From Craspedostauros australis (Eukaryota), in assembly GCA_030167865.1 (NCBI GenBank), contig JALAGF010003255.1, forward strand, positions 1 through 45,688: a stretch of 45,688 bases of DNA. Direction: 5' to 3'. Below are positions 1 to 11,800 of this stretch, piece after piece. Both the position numbers and the translations under genes were made by a program. The notes under the pieces were generated by a model that was not told the origin of the DNA, did not search any database, and saw nothing but the letters and a program-made list of their open reading frames with translations. Every line of letters starts with the position of its first letter. The first letter of the stretch is position 1.

Positions 1-480
1 CTCAACCATTCCGTTACGACGAAACGTAGCTGAGGATGATTCACATCGTGCTGTGATTGGTGTTTCATGACGCAGTAGCCAGGTCGGTGACGTAGATGAC
101 GGATCAGGCAAACATAGGGTAGAATGGATGTAAACGCGAACTTGCCGCTTCTCCCACAGATCTACAACTAGTGTTATCGTGGACGAGGGGCTGGATGGTC
201 TGATCAGAACGCCTCAAAAGAAACTAAACAATTCAAAATCGGAACAAACTTGCTGAAACGAAGAACAGCAAAGGGTTAAGTTGGATCGANGTAGTCGTAG
301 NCAAANGGCTGAAACCCGAAAGAGATCGGAAAATATGNACATCCATCGGTCCATAAAACATAAAATAGGAGCAATAGCAGAACCAAAATGGATCAGTATA
401 TGTTTTAGATCTATGAGGATTACGAATATGCGCTTAGTTTTTAAATCGGAGGAAAAAAGTATGAAAGTTCATTTCAAACA
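1..480. mobile_element. Possible LTR end or other repeat fragment
   Basis: The segment is A-rich on + (especially ~210-480), unlike the rest of the window, and has ambiguous bases at 290, 301, 306 and 338. It ends ...ATTTCAAACA at 480 (TGTTTGAAAT on -), compatible with a TG...CA LTR terminus. No PBS, PPT, partner LTR or coding remnant was identified. Confidence 0.25.
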
Positions 481-2491
481 GTTGGTCGACTCGCTCGAGG
501 GGCTCATATCCCTCTAATGGTGGCGATTCTTTTCTGGCGATGACCAACGATCAACGAACAACGACACACAACAAGACGACTCGCTCAACACGCATCCGCC
601 TCGTGCAAACCTCCCACGAATCAACGACCACGAATGGCCTACAGATTCCTTGTTCGTTGCATCTTCTCTTGTTGTTGAGAATTATGGCAGCCTTGACACG
701 ACTGTGTTGTGATTGGAGGATGGCAGAATTCCTTCGTTTCTTGTGATACGATCGCCTACAACGTATGGACGGACGGACCAAACGAATCAGATCGAAAATA
801 GTCATGCACGTTTGGGAAGTCGCCACGGAAGATCTTCAACGACGCTCCATTCCGCGTGCTGGATTCTGAACACCACAAATAACAAACCACTAACCAACCA
901 CCTCTCTGACATGTTGTCGCCCGTTCTCCATCCAAGGAGAGGGTGCCATGCTGGGAGCCGACTCTTGTTGCACAACATGACGATGGCTTTGCCAAGGCTT
1001 CATGTTGACCGCTATGTACCAATACGATGAGAAATTCGGTTCCACCTCCAATCGATGTGTATAATAGTGTCCGACCATCTTGAACAAGGCATCGAGCACT
1101 CCACGATCTCAGAAGCTCCTTCGCAAGCAGGTCAAAGGCAATGGCTTCAAACATGAGTATGATTTCATCATCGCACCTTGCACTGCGCGCAAAGACTGCA
1201 TGCCATTCGATAGAGTCAGCAGCAGCCTCTTCTCAACCATACTATGCCATGGGCCACAGCCAACGAGAGCGGTCATGCATCTCAGATCGATAGAAAGATA
1301 GGTCGATCTCCTTCACGGGATGATGGCCACGACGACAGCGATAACGACGGTCATGGTGCCGATAATGGTCCCACACTTCGCAGAAGGAAGCATCCGCAAG
1401 CTTGTCACCCGGAGTGACTGCTTACATAGAGTACCACATCCTCCATCACTCAACCCGCGCCAGACAGAGAATCTCTGAGCCAAAGAGATCGAACAGAGAT
1501 ATTACCATTGAACACCCCCGCAGCATCGGTACGATGGGACATCATCGATGCCAGCGCGGTTTTCAAATCGAATCCATCCACGTACTTGTCTGATCTGATC
1601 GGTCAATATATCCGAAGTTTCCAAATCGGCAAGCCCGCTTGGAGATATTTCGAATGGTCTCGCTCGATCTACCTCGGAATTGTTCCAATCATGGTCGAGC
1701 ACCATTGACTGAACTATGTATTGTACGAGCATCGAGGGACTCGAACGAAGAATACGAAGTGGTATCGCAGTCGAAGCTCCAATTTGATATCTCAATCGAA
1801 ACCTCTCTCTCGCTCTCTTGAGAAAGAGAGAGAGAGATCGGAAGCGTCGGACAATGCACTCTCTGGACCACGGAGACGATCCAGATTCTGCTGACAGTAT
1901 CTGCCGAAGATGGACTGCAGCATCGCGTCCTCTACTAGTTCGCACCAGTGCGTACCAAGCAATAGCTTGTTGTGGAGAGCAGAATGGCCACACTACTCTG
2001 CGTTCACCGATGAAGCACTCCACAAAGCACAAATATTTGCCAATGCAACATCAATCTGAAGAGATCTGTGAGGTCGGAGGTGAAGGAGATTTCCACGATC
2101 TCAATCCGAAATGCATGTACTAAAGTGCACCAGGATGGAGTAATCCACTCGTAGGTGTCACATATAATAGTAGCTCGTAATAGGTACTCTCCAACCATTC
2201 ACTACGAAAGGATGCAGTTGCTCTACTACTGTACTCCACGATCTGTTCTGGAGAGGACTCGGGCTCTGCTCGTCACGAGCTTGGTTTTCAAATCGTGGTT
2301 CCTCTGACCTGCAGGTAACGTCCAAATAACGCTCCCGAACAACACGAATCCATCGATGGATGGATAGAATGCAAAGACCAAAGACACGGTCATTTTGTGC
2401 GGCGGGTGGTGGTGGTCGTGTGGTTGGACGAGGTCTCTGGGAGAGCAACAGTGACCATTGTGGCCACACACAGCTGGAGTTCGCCTCCCAT

Positions 2492-2590
2492 CCTCCATAC
2501 TCCATACTCCATACTCCATGCCAACACAAGACAACCCAACACAACCCAACACAACCCAACCCAACACAACAAACCAAACCACACACACTG
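2492..2590. repeat. Low-complexity microsatellite tract: (CTCCATA)n followed by CAACC/CAACA pentamers
   Basis: Read directly: ctccatactccatactccatactccat, then acaacccaacacaacccaacacaacccaacccaacacaac. It lies upstream of the SCY1-like gene. Confidence 0.85.
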
Positions 2591-2690
2591 TACTATACAC
2601 ACTCTCTAGTACCGTTGTGATCACACCGATTCTCCCGAGAGAGGACTGACGACCATCCGATCATCGTTGCCGACCTGAGCAAGACCGCAG

Positions 2691-2727
2691 CCATCGACCC
2701 CCATCGACCCCCATCGACCCCCATCGA
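2691..2727 (+). repeat. Tandem 10-mer (CCATCGACCC) x3.7 immediately 5' of the SCY1-like ATG
   Basis: ccatcgaccc ccatcgaccc ccatcgaccc ccatcga, ending 12 nt before the ATG at 2740. Confidence 0.9.
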
Positions 2728-2739
2728 GCGAATTGCAGC

Positions 2740-5419
2740 ATGGGTAACTCAGCATCCTCGCTGCCGTACTCCATCGACAATCAGGTCGGTGCGCCGCACG
2801 ATCACAATGGCTGGGCGCTGCACGAAGGCAAATCGACGACGGATGGGTCCGCAGTGACCGTCTTCGTGGGGAAGAAGCCAGATCTGGCCAAGGCCCCCGT
2901 GAGCCCGCGCTTTCCTCAGAAGATGCAGCTGGTGCCTGCCTTCCATCACTTCCAGAACTCGCGCAAGTACCGACACCCGCAGATCCTCAAGGTGCTGGCG
3001 ACGATGGACACGGACAACCCCAACGCGGCCACGGCAGATGGTGCCTCGGGGATGGGATCGGATTCCGCCACGCCGTCGGCGACGACAGGAGATCTCATCA
3101 TCGTCACGGAGCCTTGCATTCCCTTGACGCAGTGGTTGCTGCTAAATCCCTCGAGGGAGGAGCTGGCCTGGGGATTGGAGTGCATCGTGCGCGGCATTCA
3201 CTTCATGCACAGCTCTGCCAAGGTGGCGCACGGCAACATCAACCCCTCCTCCTTCTACGTCACCCCGGCCGGCGACGTCAAGGTCTGGAATTTCAGCCTC
3301 GTCACTCCCATCGGCGCCAACCTCGGTCCCACGCCGCACTTCCAGGAATGGGATGCGCCCGCATGTCCCGATGCCTACCGGAGTCCAGAACGTGTGGAAG
3401 GCCGCTGGGACGCCATCAGCACCGCAGGCGTGCATGCCATGGACTCGTACGCTCTGGGGGTCTTCGTTGATCACTATTTCAGCGGGAGCATCCCTGACAA
3501 GCTCCAAAAGGCGGTGCAACGTCTGCAAACGGGCAGCATCAAAATGAGACCACGTCTGCAGCCTCTTCTCAAGTGTCCCGTCTTTGACACGCAGTTGCAG
3601 AAGCTGCATCTTCAGCTGGAGCAAATCAGCGTGCAACCTGTGGAGCAAAAGATGCAGCTATGGCAGAGCCTCGGCAATCAGCTGCAGAACGGCTCATTGC
3701 CAAAGGGCTTGGCCGTTCACAAGCTGTTGCCGATCCTCAAGACATCCATCCAGGGAATCTGCACCAACGAAGCGATGCTGTCACAGGACCTGTACAGGCG
3801 AGAAGGTGCGTGCGGTGTCGTCATGACTGTCGCACATTGCAGAGGCGCATCTTTCATGTTGGCTGGGTGGTGGCTTCGGTGTTGATGCAGTCGATCCATG
3901 CATCGACTCCTCTGCGCATATTCTGATGCGTTTGCCCAATTGCATCATGCTGCATTTCATTTTCCAATCCAAACGCTCACGGTTCGTTCGGTGATATACA
4001 ATGTCACCACTTCACTCTGCTCCATTCTACACCTCTTCATTTGCATTTGCCGTCACCACAATATTCGTTTCGACAGTCCTTTCCATGATTCAACCTCTCT
4101 TTTTCACGATGGAGAATTTCTTGGACAGCAACGTCATCCAGAAGGAGCTGTCACCGTTGATTGGAATGCTCTTTGTCGTCAAGGACCGTGGTGTCCGCGG
4201 CGCCCTTCTCAGCAAGGTTGGATTCATGACGCAACATCTTGACAAGAACACGCTCAACCAGTCCGTCTTCGAACCCCTTTGCAGCGGATTTTCCGATTCC
4301 AGCGCGCAGCTTCGCGAACTCACCCTCAAGGCCACGGCGGAGCTTGTGACTCACCTCAACCAGCCGAACCTGGAGAAACTGTCGCGTTACTTGGTCAGAC
4401 TCCAGGGTGATAACGAAAGCAGCATCCGAACCAACGCGGTCATTTTCATTGGCCGCTTGGCGCCAAGTCTCACAGACATTTCAAGGGAGAAGCTCCTCCT
4501 CCCGGCCTTCGTGAGGGCATTCAAGGACGTCTTCATTCCATGTCGCAAGGCGGCGCTGCAGGCCATGCTCAAGACGAAGGATTTCTTCAATGTCGCGGCG
4601 CTCGCCAACAAGGTCCTGCCCTCCCTCATGCCCATGCTCCTGGATCCTGTCACAGATATTCGAAATGAAGCATTCCAAGTGGTTGATGCCTTCATGGCGT
4701 TGCTCCGTCAGGAGAGCATGAGGATGGCCACGTTGGCGCAGCAGGCAGAACTAAAAAATCAGCAGCAAATGCAGGGGCAGCAGCCGATGAACGGAGGATC
4801 ATCCGCACCATCATCGGGCAACCTGCAGGCTGCATCATCCGGGCAAATTTCTCCAGCTCCAAGCAGCGGCAGCTACCTCACGGGTCTCTCGTCCTGGATG
4901 GCTTCGTCAACAGCTGCAACCCCAGCGCCAGCACCCAACGCGGCCGCAGTGGAGGCACCTTCTCAAATACCACGCGGTTCCTTCAACCAACAAGCTCCGG
5001 CGATGCCGATTTCGGGAGCACCAACCAACATGACAGCGACGCAACAGAACTTCGGCAACCTGAACCTTGGTGCTAACAACGCCGTTGCAGCATCAGGCCC
5101 CGACGATGGTTGGGGCGACGAAGATGACAACTGGGATGATGCTGACGACGCAGGCGTCAACGACGAGTTTGCGGATGCCTTGACATCTCCACCACAGTCC
5201 GGCAACAGCTCGTTGGGCTTCGGCGTGGCTGCCAACGATGATCCGTTCGCATCGATCGGAGTATCGACATCTAACAAGCAGATGGCACCCCGCAAGGCCG
5301 GCAGCGGGCTCGTGGTTCCCAAAAAGAAGGCAACTCCGATCGTGCAAAAAGCAGCCAAACCAGCGACGAAGCTGTCGATGGACGACGATGACATTGCGGA
5401 TGGTTGGGATGACTTCTGA
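2740..5419 (+). CDS. SCYL: SCY1-like (SCYL/Cex1 family) pseudokinase with HEAT repeats, about 802 aa, 2 exons
   Basis: Exons 2740-3805 and 4077-5419. Intron 3806-4076 (GTGCGT...CGACAG, phase 1) joins LYRRE-VLSMIQPLF in frame. Degenerate kinase fold (RHPQILKVL; HGNINPSSFYVT in place of HRD; no DFG). HEAT repeats typical of SCYL (GFSDSSAQLRELTLK, LQGDNESSIRTNAVIFIGRLA). N-terminal MGNSAS myristoylation consensus and an acidic Trp-containing tail. Confidence 0.9.
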
Positions 5420-5674
5420 TTTCATTGGATGGATTCATGGCGGTCATTTATTGCCGTCAACCAAGTAGATCACCAGTATTCCGCGGACTCTCGACGCAAG
5501 GATAGCTTCATTCGTCCAAGCAGCAGCAACTTAGTTCCATACTTCTAGTATTGGTATTGCCGCACGAGTACACCACTTCTATGTGTAGCAAGAAACACTC
5601 CAACCTCCTGCATACACTATTATTGTTGCTCGGGCTGTTGCCATCGCACTTGCAAGTGCAATCGCACACCGCTT

Positions 5675-7927
5675 TTACTGCTGGGGCACTTTTGGTGCAA
5701 CGTTCCTGGAATTTCTGCGTTTGCGTGGCGCCGCCATCATCTTGGAGAAGGAGCGGCCCATGCGCTCAAACGAGGAGAGACGCTTATGGTTGGCTGGCAC
5801 AGCGGATTCCTTGAGCACGGTGTCAACTTCGCTGGCGGCCGCGGTTTGGGATCGTTCCTCACGTACCCTGCGGTTTTCGTCCTCGTCCTTGTTCAGGACC
5901 CATGATCGACGGCCGTGGATGTGCTCCACTTCAACATTCTCATCATTCTCCGTCTGGTCGCTGCCATCGTTGTCGCAGTCATTGTCGCACTGTGGGGCTT
6001 GGGAAAACGCTGATTTGTTTTCTGCGTTGAGCAGGTCAAAGTCTCGTTCGTCTTCCTCACAGAGACTCTCGTCCCAGTAGGATCCTTCGTTTCGTATTCT
6101 CTGAAAGCGATGCTCCTCCGATAGCTTCAACGCCTCCTGCGCCATGGTATACCACGATGTTGCAATGTCGCAAATGGTGCTGTTTGATGTCGATTTGATC
6201 TTTGATTCGAAGGGACAGGAACCCGTGAAGACGGCTTGCGAGTAGATGTTCAAGTTGGCATCGTACACTCTGGTCGTGGGATGGCGGATCGCGGTGATCA
6301 CCCAGCGCTCCAGCACGTAGAACCGATCACAGAATGGAATCTCCTTGACAGTCGTCTTGCTGTCAATGACAAGCAAGCGTTTGGAGGGACAGAACGCACG
6401 TTGGACTTTGGTTGTCTTTGCGTAAGGCGGCCCGAAGAAGGACTTGGTCTTGGCCTGGAACTTGAGCATGCGCTCCTTAACTTGGACTGCAGGGTGGACT
6501 GGCTTCGCGTCATCGTGCATGGAGGGTTTGGATTGCGAGGAAATGTCCTTCCAGGGCTCATAGAGGATATCCTTGTCCTGCCTCTGCCGTTGGAACTCCT
6601 GGTACGTGTAGGGAGCGTCATCGGCGAAGAAGACTTGGAAGAACTCCTTGGCGTTGAGCCCGTGGAACTGTTGGTTGGTGACTGCCGGGTTTGCTAACTG
6701 CGGGTAATGCTGATCCACCCAACCCATGATCTCCTCATATCTGCCGAGCTTGGCCACGGGGTTTTTGTTCGCCGTCATCGTCCTTGTTTTCGGTTTCGCC
6801 GTGGCTCCGCTGTCTGCTACTATTGGTTGAAGTGCTGGAATCGTGATGGGATCGGGTTCATTGTCAGAAGTAGTTGGGGTGGTATCAGGAACTTCCTCAG
6901 CGGTAGTTGCTGTTGATTGTGGCGAGGTCGAAGACTCCTTAATAACAGAACCTGCATTCAGCGTTGCGGGCGCCGTGTGCGTGCTGGGGTCAATGTCATC
7001 GTCGTTGTCCCAATCATCCTCTACCGTGCTCAAGGAATCTTTGCCAAAAGATCCAGAACGCGATTGCTTCCTGGTGGCGCCCGCCGGGTTGGACTTATCT
7101 TTTGCGGACGCCGCACCCGCGATGGCCGTCGGCGCAGACGTCGTATCTCGATCACAGAACAACAAGGTGGACACGATGTTGCTGTCAGCATCGCCTGGCA
7201 TCGCAGCAGCGTCTTTGGCCGTTACATCTGGATTCATGCACCAGTCGTAACCCACACCGACCACATGCACGGCACCGAAAGCAGTGAGCGCACCGGCCGC
7301 AAAGATGACAGGATGCAGGAACGCGATCCCCGTCGCGACAGCCGCAAAGCCAACCGGCGGGATCATGTTGAGGGATTGGGTCCAGTCGGCCCTGACAAAG
7401 TCCGCCGAATCGAAGTAGGCCACGCTGGCATCCATGCTCTCCGCGTCGCTCCTCCCCCCATCGAAATCCAGATCGCCGTCCGCCATGGCTCTCAGCTGTC
7501 TCGCGCTTCCGTGACCATCGAAATTGCCTTTGCCATTGCCTTTGTCATTGGTGCTGTCTGCATTGTCAGAATCAGCGTTGCTGTCATGATCGTCATCTCC
7601 AAAGACTCTCTCGTCAAAGATTCTGAGCATGTGCCGGGTTTGTGCATGGCTTCGTCTTTGGCTGCCATCATGATGGCAAACCAACGTCGATGCACCCTCC
7701 ATCAGACGTTCGGACAAAGATGACAGTGAAGGGTCGCTGTTCTGCCGAGAAGCGCCGTGTTTGCCACCCGAAGGCTCAGCATCGTGGATGCTATTCTCCA
7801 GCAAATGCTGCTGCTGACCTTTTCTCCTCCTGCGTCGCCTCGCTTCCACTTCGCTGGGCGATGGAGGCATTAACGGTGGTCCTCGGGGAGCTGCTTGCGT
7901 CTGTATCCGAGCTTCGGGTCGTGCCAT
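5675..7927 (-). CDS. VASt (StARkin, Lam/GRAMD1-type) domain lipid-transfer protein, about 750 aa
   Basis: Single long ORF; first ATG at 7927 (MARPEAR). VASt-like core: FFQVFFADDAPYTYQEFQ...YEPW...ERMLKF...GPPYAKTTKVQ...LLVIDSKTTVKEIPFCDRFYVLERWVI...CPFESKIKS. A hydrophobic hairpin (IPPVGFAAVATGIAFLHPVIFAAGALTAFGAVHVV) lies N-terminal to it. Confidence 0.8.
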   Translation of the reverse strand: MARPEARIQTQAAPRGPPLMPPSPSEVEARRRRRRKGQQQHLLENSIHDAEPSGGKHGASRQNSDPSLSSLSERLMEGASTLVCHHDGSQRRSHAQTRHMLRIFDERVFGDDDHDSNADSDNADSTNDKGNGKGNFDGHGSARQLRAMADGDLDFDGGRSDAESMDASVAYFDSADFVRADWTQSLNMIPPVGFAAVATGIAFLHPVIFAAGALTAFGAVHVVGVGYDWCMNPDVTAKDAAAMPGDADSNIVSTLLFCDRDTTSAPTAIAGAASAKDKSNPAGATRKQSRSGSFGKDSLSTVEDDWDNDDDIDPSTHTAPATLNAGSVIKESSTSPQSTATTAEEVPDTTPTTSDNEPDPITIPALQPIVADSGATAKPKTRTMTANKNPVAKLGRYEEIMGWVDQHYPQLANPAVTNQQFHGLNAKEFFQVFFADDAPYTYQEFQRQRQDKDILYEPWKDISSQSKPSMHDDAKPVHPAVQVKERMLKFQAKTKSFFGPPYAKTTKVQRAFCPSKRLLVIDSKTTVKEIPFCDRFYVLERWVITAIRHPTTRVYDANLNIYSQAVFTGSCPFESKIKSTSNSTICDIATSWYTMAQEALKLSEEHRFQRIRNEGSYWDESLCEEDERDFDLLNAENKSAFSQAPQCDNDCDNDGSDQTENDENVEVEHIHGRRSWVLNKDEDENRRVREERSQTAAASEVDTVLKESAVPANHKRLSSFERMGRSFSKMMAAPRKRRNSRNVAPKVPQQ

Positions 7928-8836
7928 GGTCGTTGTCTTGTCTGTCAGCACGGCAATACACGGCCACGCACTGCACAACGACGAGTACGATGTCTGACTG
8001 TGTGACTCTCTGCTTTAACGTACGAGTAGAGTCGTAGTCCGAGAGACCTCTGCTCTCTCTTTCTCGCCTTCTCCGCAGATCACTCTGTTGCTCTGATGTT
8101 GTTTCAGAGAATTTGAATTGAAAATGTGATCTTCCTTGATTTACGGGTGGTGTCGTGTTTTGATGTGCGGGCTATGTGCTGATGCGCCTGGAAACGCTCC
8201 TCCTCCATCTGTTGGCCGACGTTGGGTTGTGTGTTCACAACTGCTCAGAAAAAGTAGCGTGAGGTTTTCGCCAAATTGTGTGCGGTGGACTTTTTGCGTC
8301 CACGCTTGTGACGCAGCAACAGCATTGCTCTCGTTGAGTGGGTCTTGTTGGGGCCTTTCACTCCGTTCGCGAGGTGGCGGAGATCTCTCTGTGTGCACTC
8401 ACGCCTGCTCGCTATCGGTTGCAAATCATGGTTTGAATCAGCTGGGAACATCACAGGTCATCTTTCATTGCCTCATCTGATTCCGTTGACCCTAACTAAA
8501 TCCGTATCGACACGCGATCATAACGGAAGCACATGTTTATGATCCTATTTTTGGCGCGCGTGTCTTGTGGGGCAGTTCGTTCGATTAGTCTAGTATGGTT
8601 GTCTAGAGACGATATGACCCAACACGATTTCACGGTTTGGGATGGTTGTTCTCCTCTGCGCGTATTCTACTCTTCTCTTCTCTTCTCTACTCTCATCCAC
8701 TCCACTCTACTGTACTCTCATATCGTATAATTCTAGCTTGCTATCATGGGTCCGAGTAGTACGAGTGTGCCCGCAGCAAGCATCCTTGCAAGTTCACACT
8801 GTCTCCTGCGTTCATCTTCTGCATGTCGTGCACACC

Positions 8837-11800
8837 TCAAGACATGTCGTTGATCACAAGGTCGACGCCGCGGCGCAGATGGGAGATCAACTCGAGAGCC
8901 TCGGTCCGTGTGGGGCAGCACAGGACCTCGACGTCGCTGCCGTTGCGCCTTGGCGTGTTGAGGAGGATGATCATGCCCCAGCCCGGGCTTCCGTCTTCCT
9001 GCTGGATGGAGCGGATCTCAATGTCCGCCACGTGCTTGAACTTCACCGCCAGCAACTCCTGCCCTTGCGGACCGAGCATCAGCATCCCGCGGATGCTGAA
9101 CAACGCCACCCTGCTGGCCATCTCCAGATGGCTCAGGTAGTTCTCACCCGCCAGCCTGGTGCGCAGCATCAGGGTTGCTGCGGCGGCATCCTCCGCGGAG
9201 TACGATCGCAGGATCTTGTCGCGCCCGTACATGGGCCGTCTGGGTCGGAACTGGCTCTCGGGGCCCAGACCTGCGGTGTCGGACACGGAGGGATGGTCAA
9301 CCGTGCTCTTCACGCCGATCATCACATCGGTGGCGGCGTCGGAGATGCCGATCATCGGCTTCACCAGCAACCCCAGCAGGCCTTTGCCCACGCCCTTCGC
9401 AAACCCTTCGATGCCCCGTCGTTCGGCACCGCGCATGGGGGCCTTGACCACCCCCGTCACTCCGTCCTGGAACCCCTGGACGAGCTTGTAGAAACCGCTC
9501 TCCACCCCCACCGCAAAAGTCACTTCTCGCATGTCCTCCTTCAGTGAGATGCCACGATCGCGTTTCTGGGCGTACCGACGATCCAAGGTGAGGACTGCCA
9601 TATTCTTCGAGAAGGTCTCAGTCAGCAGCGACGCCGAATCTGCGAACCCACCGACCGTATGACGGGCGAGGGATCCAGTCCCTCTGGCCACGCCATCAAA
9701 CAAATATCCGGGATCCAGCTCCTGGACGCTCTTCTGTAGACCCTTCACAGGTTCCGACACGAAGTCTGCCATTCCCTCTCCGACGCCGCGGATGAGGCCG
9801 AGAGGATTGCCGAAGGCTGCGAGCGAACCGAGGAGGGCTGGGACGTTCTGTCGCAGCGACGCCATGTAGTGCGTCAGTAGGTACGTTGAGAGCTGGGGGG
9901 TCGTCGAGATGTGGTTTCGCAATGAAATGCCAGCAAAATTCAACGACGCTCCATCGAGCCTCAGCAAGGCATCGACGACGATGCTTTTGAACACACCACG
10001 GACGACGGCCATGGCGGTGGTGTTCTTGCGCCCGATCTTCACGCCAAGGACGGCCTTGGTGTTTCCAAGCAGTACATCACCCTTTCGCACAGCCTGATGA
10101 ATGGCGGCCGCATCCGGCCCTTCTAGATTGGATTGTGCGGAAGTCAGTGCTCTCGCTGGAGCCACTGACAGCCGAAGGGTGAACGGGATCACTGTGAAGT
10201 CCTTGAAGTAGAATTTGATGTTCTTCACTCCCACAGACGCAGCCTTGCTGGTCAGTTCGTCCACAGACATGAGCGTTGGCGGCGTGATCGACCCTTTTAG
10301 TGTGCGCTGCGAGAAGGTCTGATCCTTCTGGCTGTTCAGCTCCGATGCCTGTGCGGTCTTGGTGTCGAAGTGACCAGCAAAGCTCGCCAAGAAATGCTGC
10401 AAGCGCACCAGGAATGCCAGATCGACCGCGATGATCAGGTGGCTCGGTGCAATCGTCACAGAATGAAGACAGGTTATGCCCGATTTGTGCTTTGGTGCGA
10501 CTGATAGTCCCACCAGCAAGAATGGGTCGCTCTCTGGCTGAATGTTAGAAGCAGTGGCATGATCCCCCAATCTCCCTTGGTAGATGCCACGTTGAATGCT
10601 CTCATCTCCACTGCTGTTCCTATCGCTGTCGTCGTCGTACTCGTCATCCACATCATCCAAGTCATCCGAATCGTCCTCGTCGTCGAATCTGCCGGCTTGC
10701 ACGTCGGGTTTCAATGCCACTGGGAAGGCTGCATTTGGCACGTGGTTGTCAATCTGGAGCCACCCAATGGAAAGAAGGCCGGATGCATCAGATGTTCTGT
10801 TGCTGTTCCAGGTGCCTAGGACATTGACATCCTTTGGGCACATCCAATACAATGTTGCATGGTATTGTTCGCATGTACGTTGGTCGGCACAATGAACCCA
10901 CGAGATGCGAGAGAAGAGACAAAGAAATAAAGAATGAAAGACAGAGAAATATTGGCGGTAAGGCTCGTGCAGCAAGTTGAAATCGTGGTATCCATCCTCA
11001 CCAGAAGCTCCCAAGACAGGGTGAAATACAATTGACGCAACAGCGTTATTCTCGTCGTACTACGTCGTACGTTCGACTCAACATCACGAACCCAACCCAA
11101 CCCAAACCACCAAGCACCAAGCACCAAGCACCAAGCACCAAGCACCAAGCACCAACCTATGCAGCGTGTGGGTAGAGTACGCCATTTCACAAGAGGAATG
11201 CAAATGCCGCGCAGAACCACAACTCCGCGCGACCGTCAGGCGCTTACCTTTGCAACAATGACGCAAATCTCAGATGGAGCACTGTCGATCAGACTGATCA
11301 CAAAGCCGTCGAAGGCTGCGCGCAATGAATACACCGTGTCCAGCTTGATATCCGTCGTTAGTGATCCTGACGATCGGAGCGCATCGTAATCGGACTCGGC
11401 GTTGGGCGATTCGCACCTTTGCCGTGCTTCTTCCTCGGTGGGGATGTAACGACGATCGATGATTTCAACAGCACGGCTCGAAGCCTTCGCCATCTCCATG
11501 GCGTGTTGTTCGAGCGTGCCTGATTTCATCGCCAACGAATTCTTCCTCTCGATGTTGTATGCGACGTCGACGAATGGATTCTCAAACACCTTCTCGAGTT
11601 TGTTGTTCTTGATCATGCTTTGATTGTGTTCGGAGTATATGGTACAGTTGCAAGAGTACGAGCATCACACACAGCAACAGGTGTGGAACACAAGAAGAGT
11701 CGAGTATGTAAATTTGGGGAGGAGCATTGCCGGCCGGTTGATTCAGCGATGCCCATCAGAGCGAGAAACGTACGGTAAGTACAAGTGCGCAAGGTGGAAC

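Noticed and set aside
2691..2727. Short direct repeats here and at 11109-11155 as a CRISPR-like array
   Set aside because: They are head-to-tail microsatellites without spacers, in a eukaryotic context with no cas genes.
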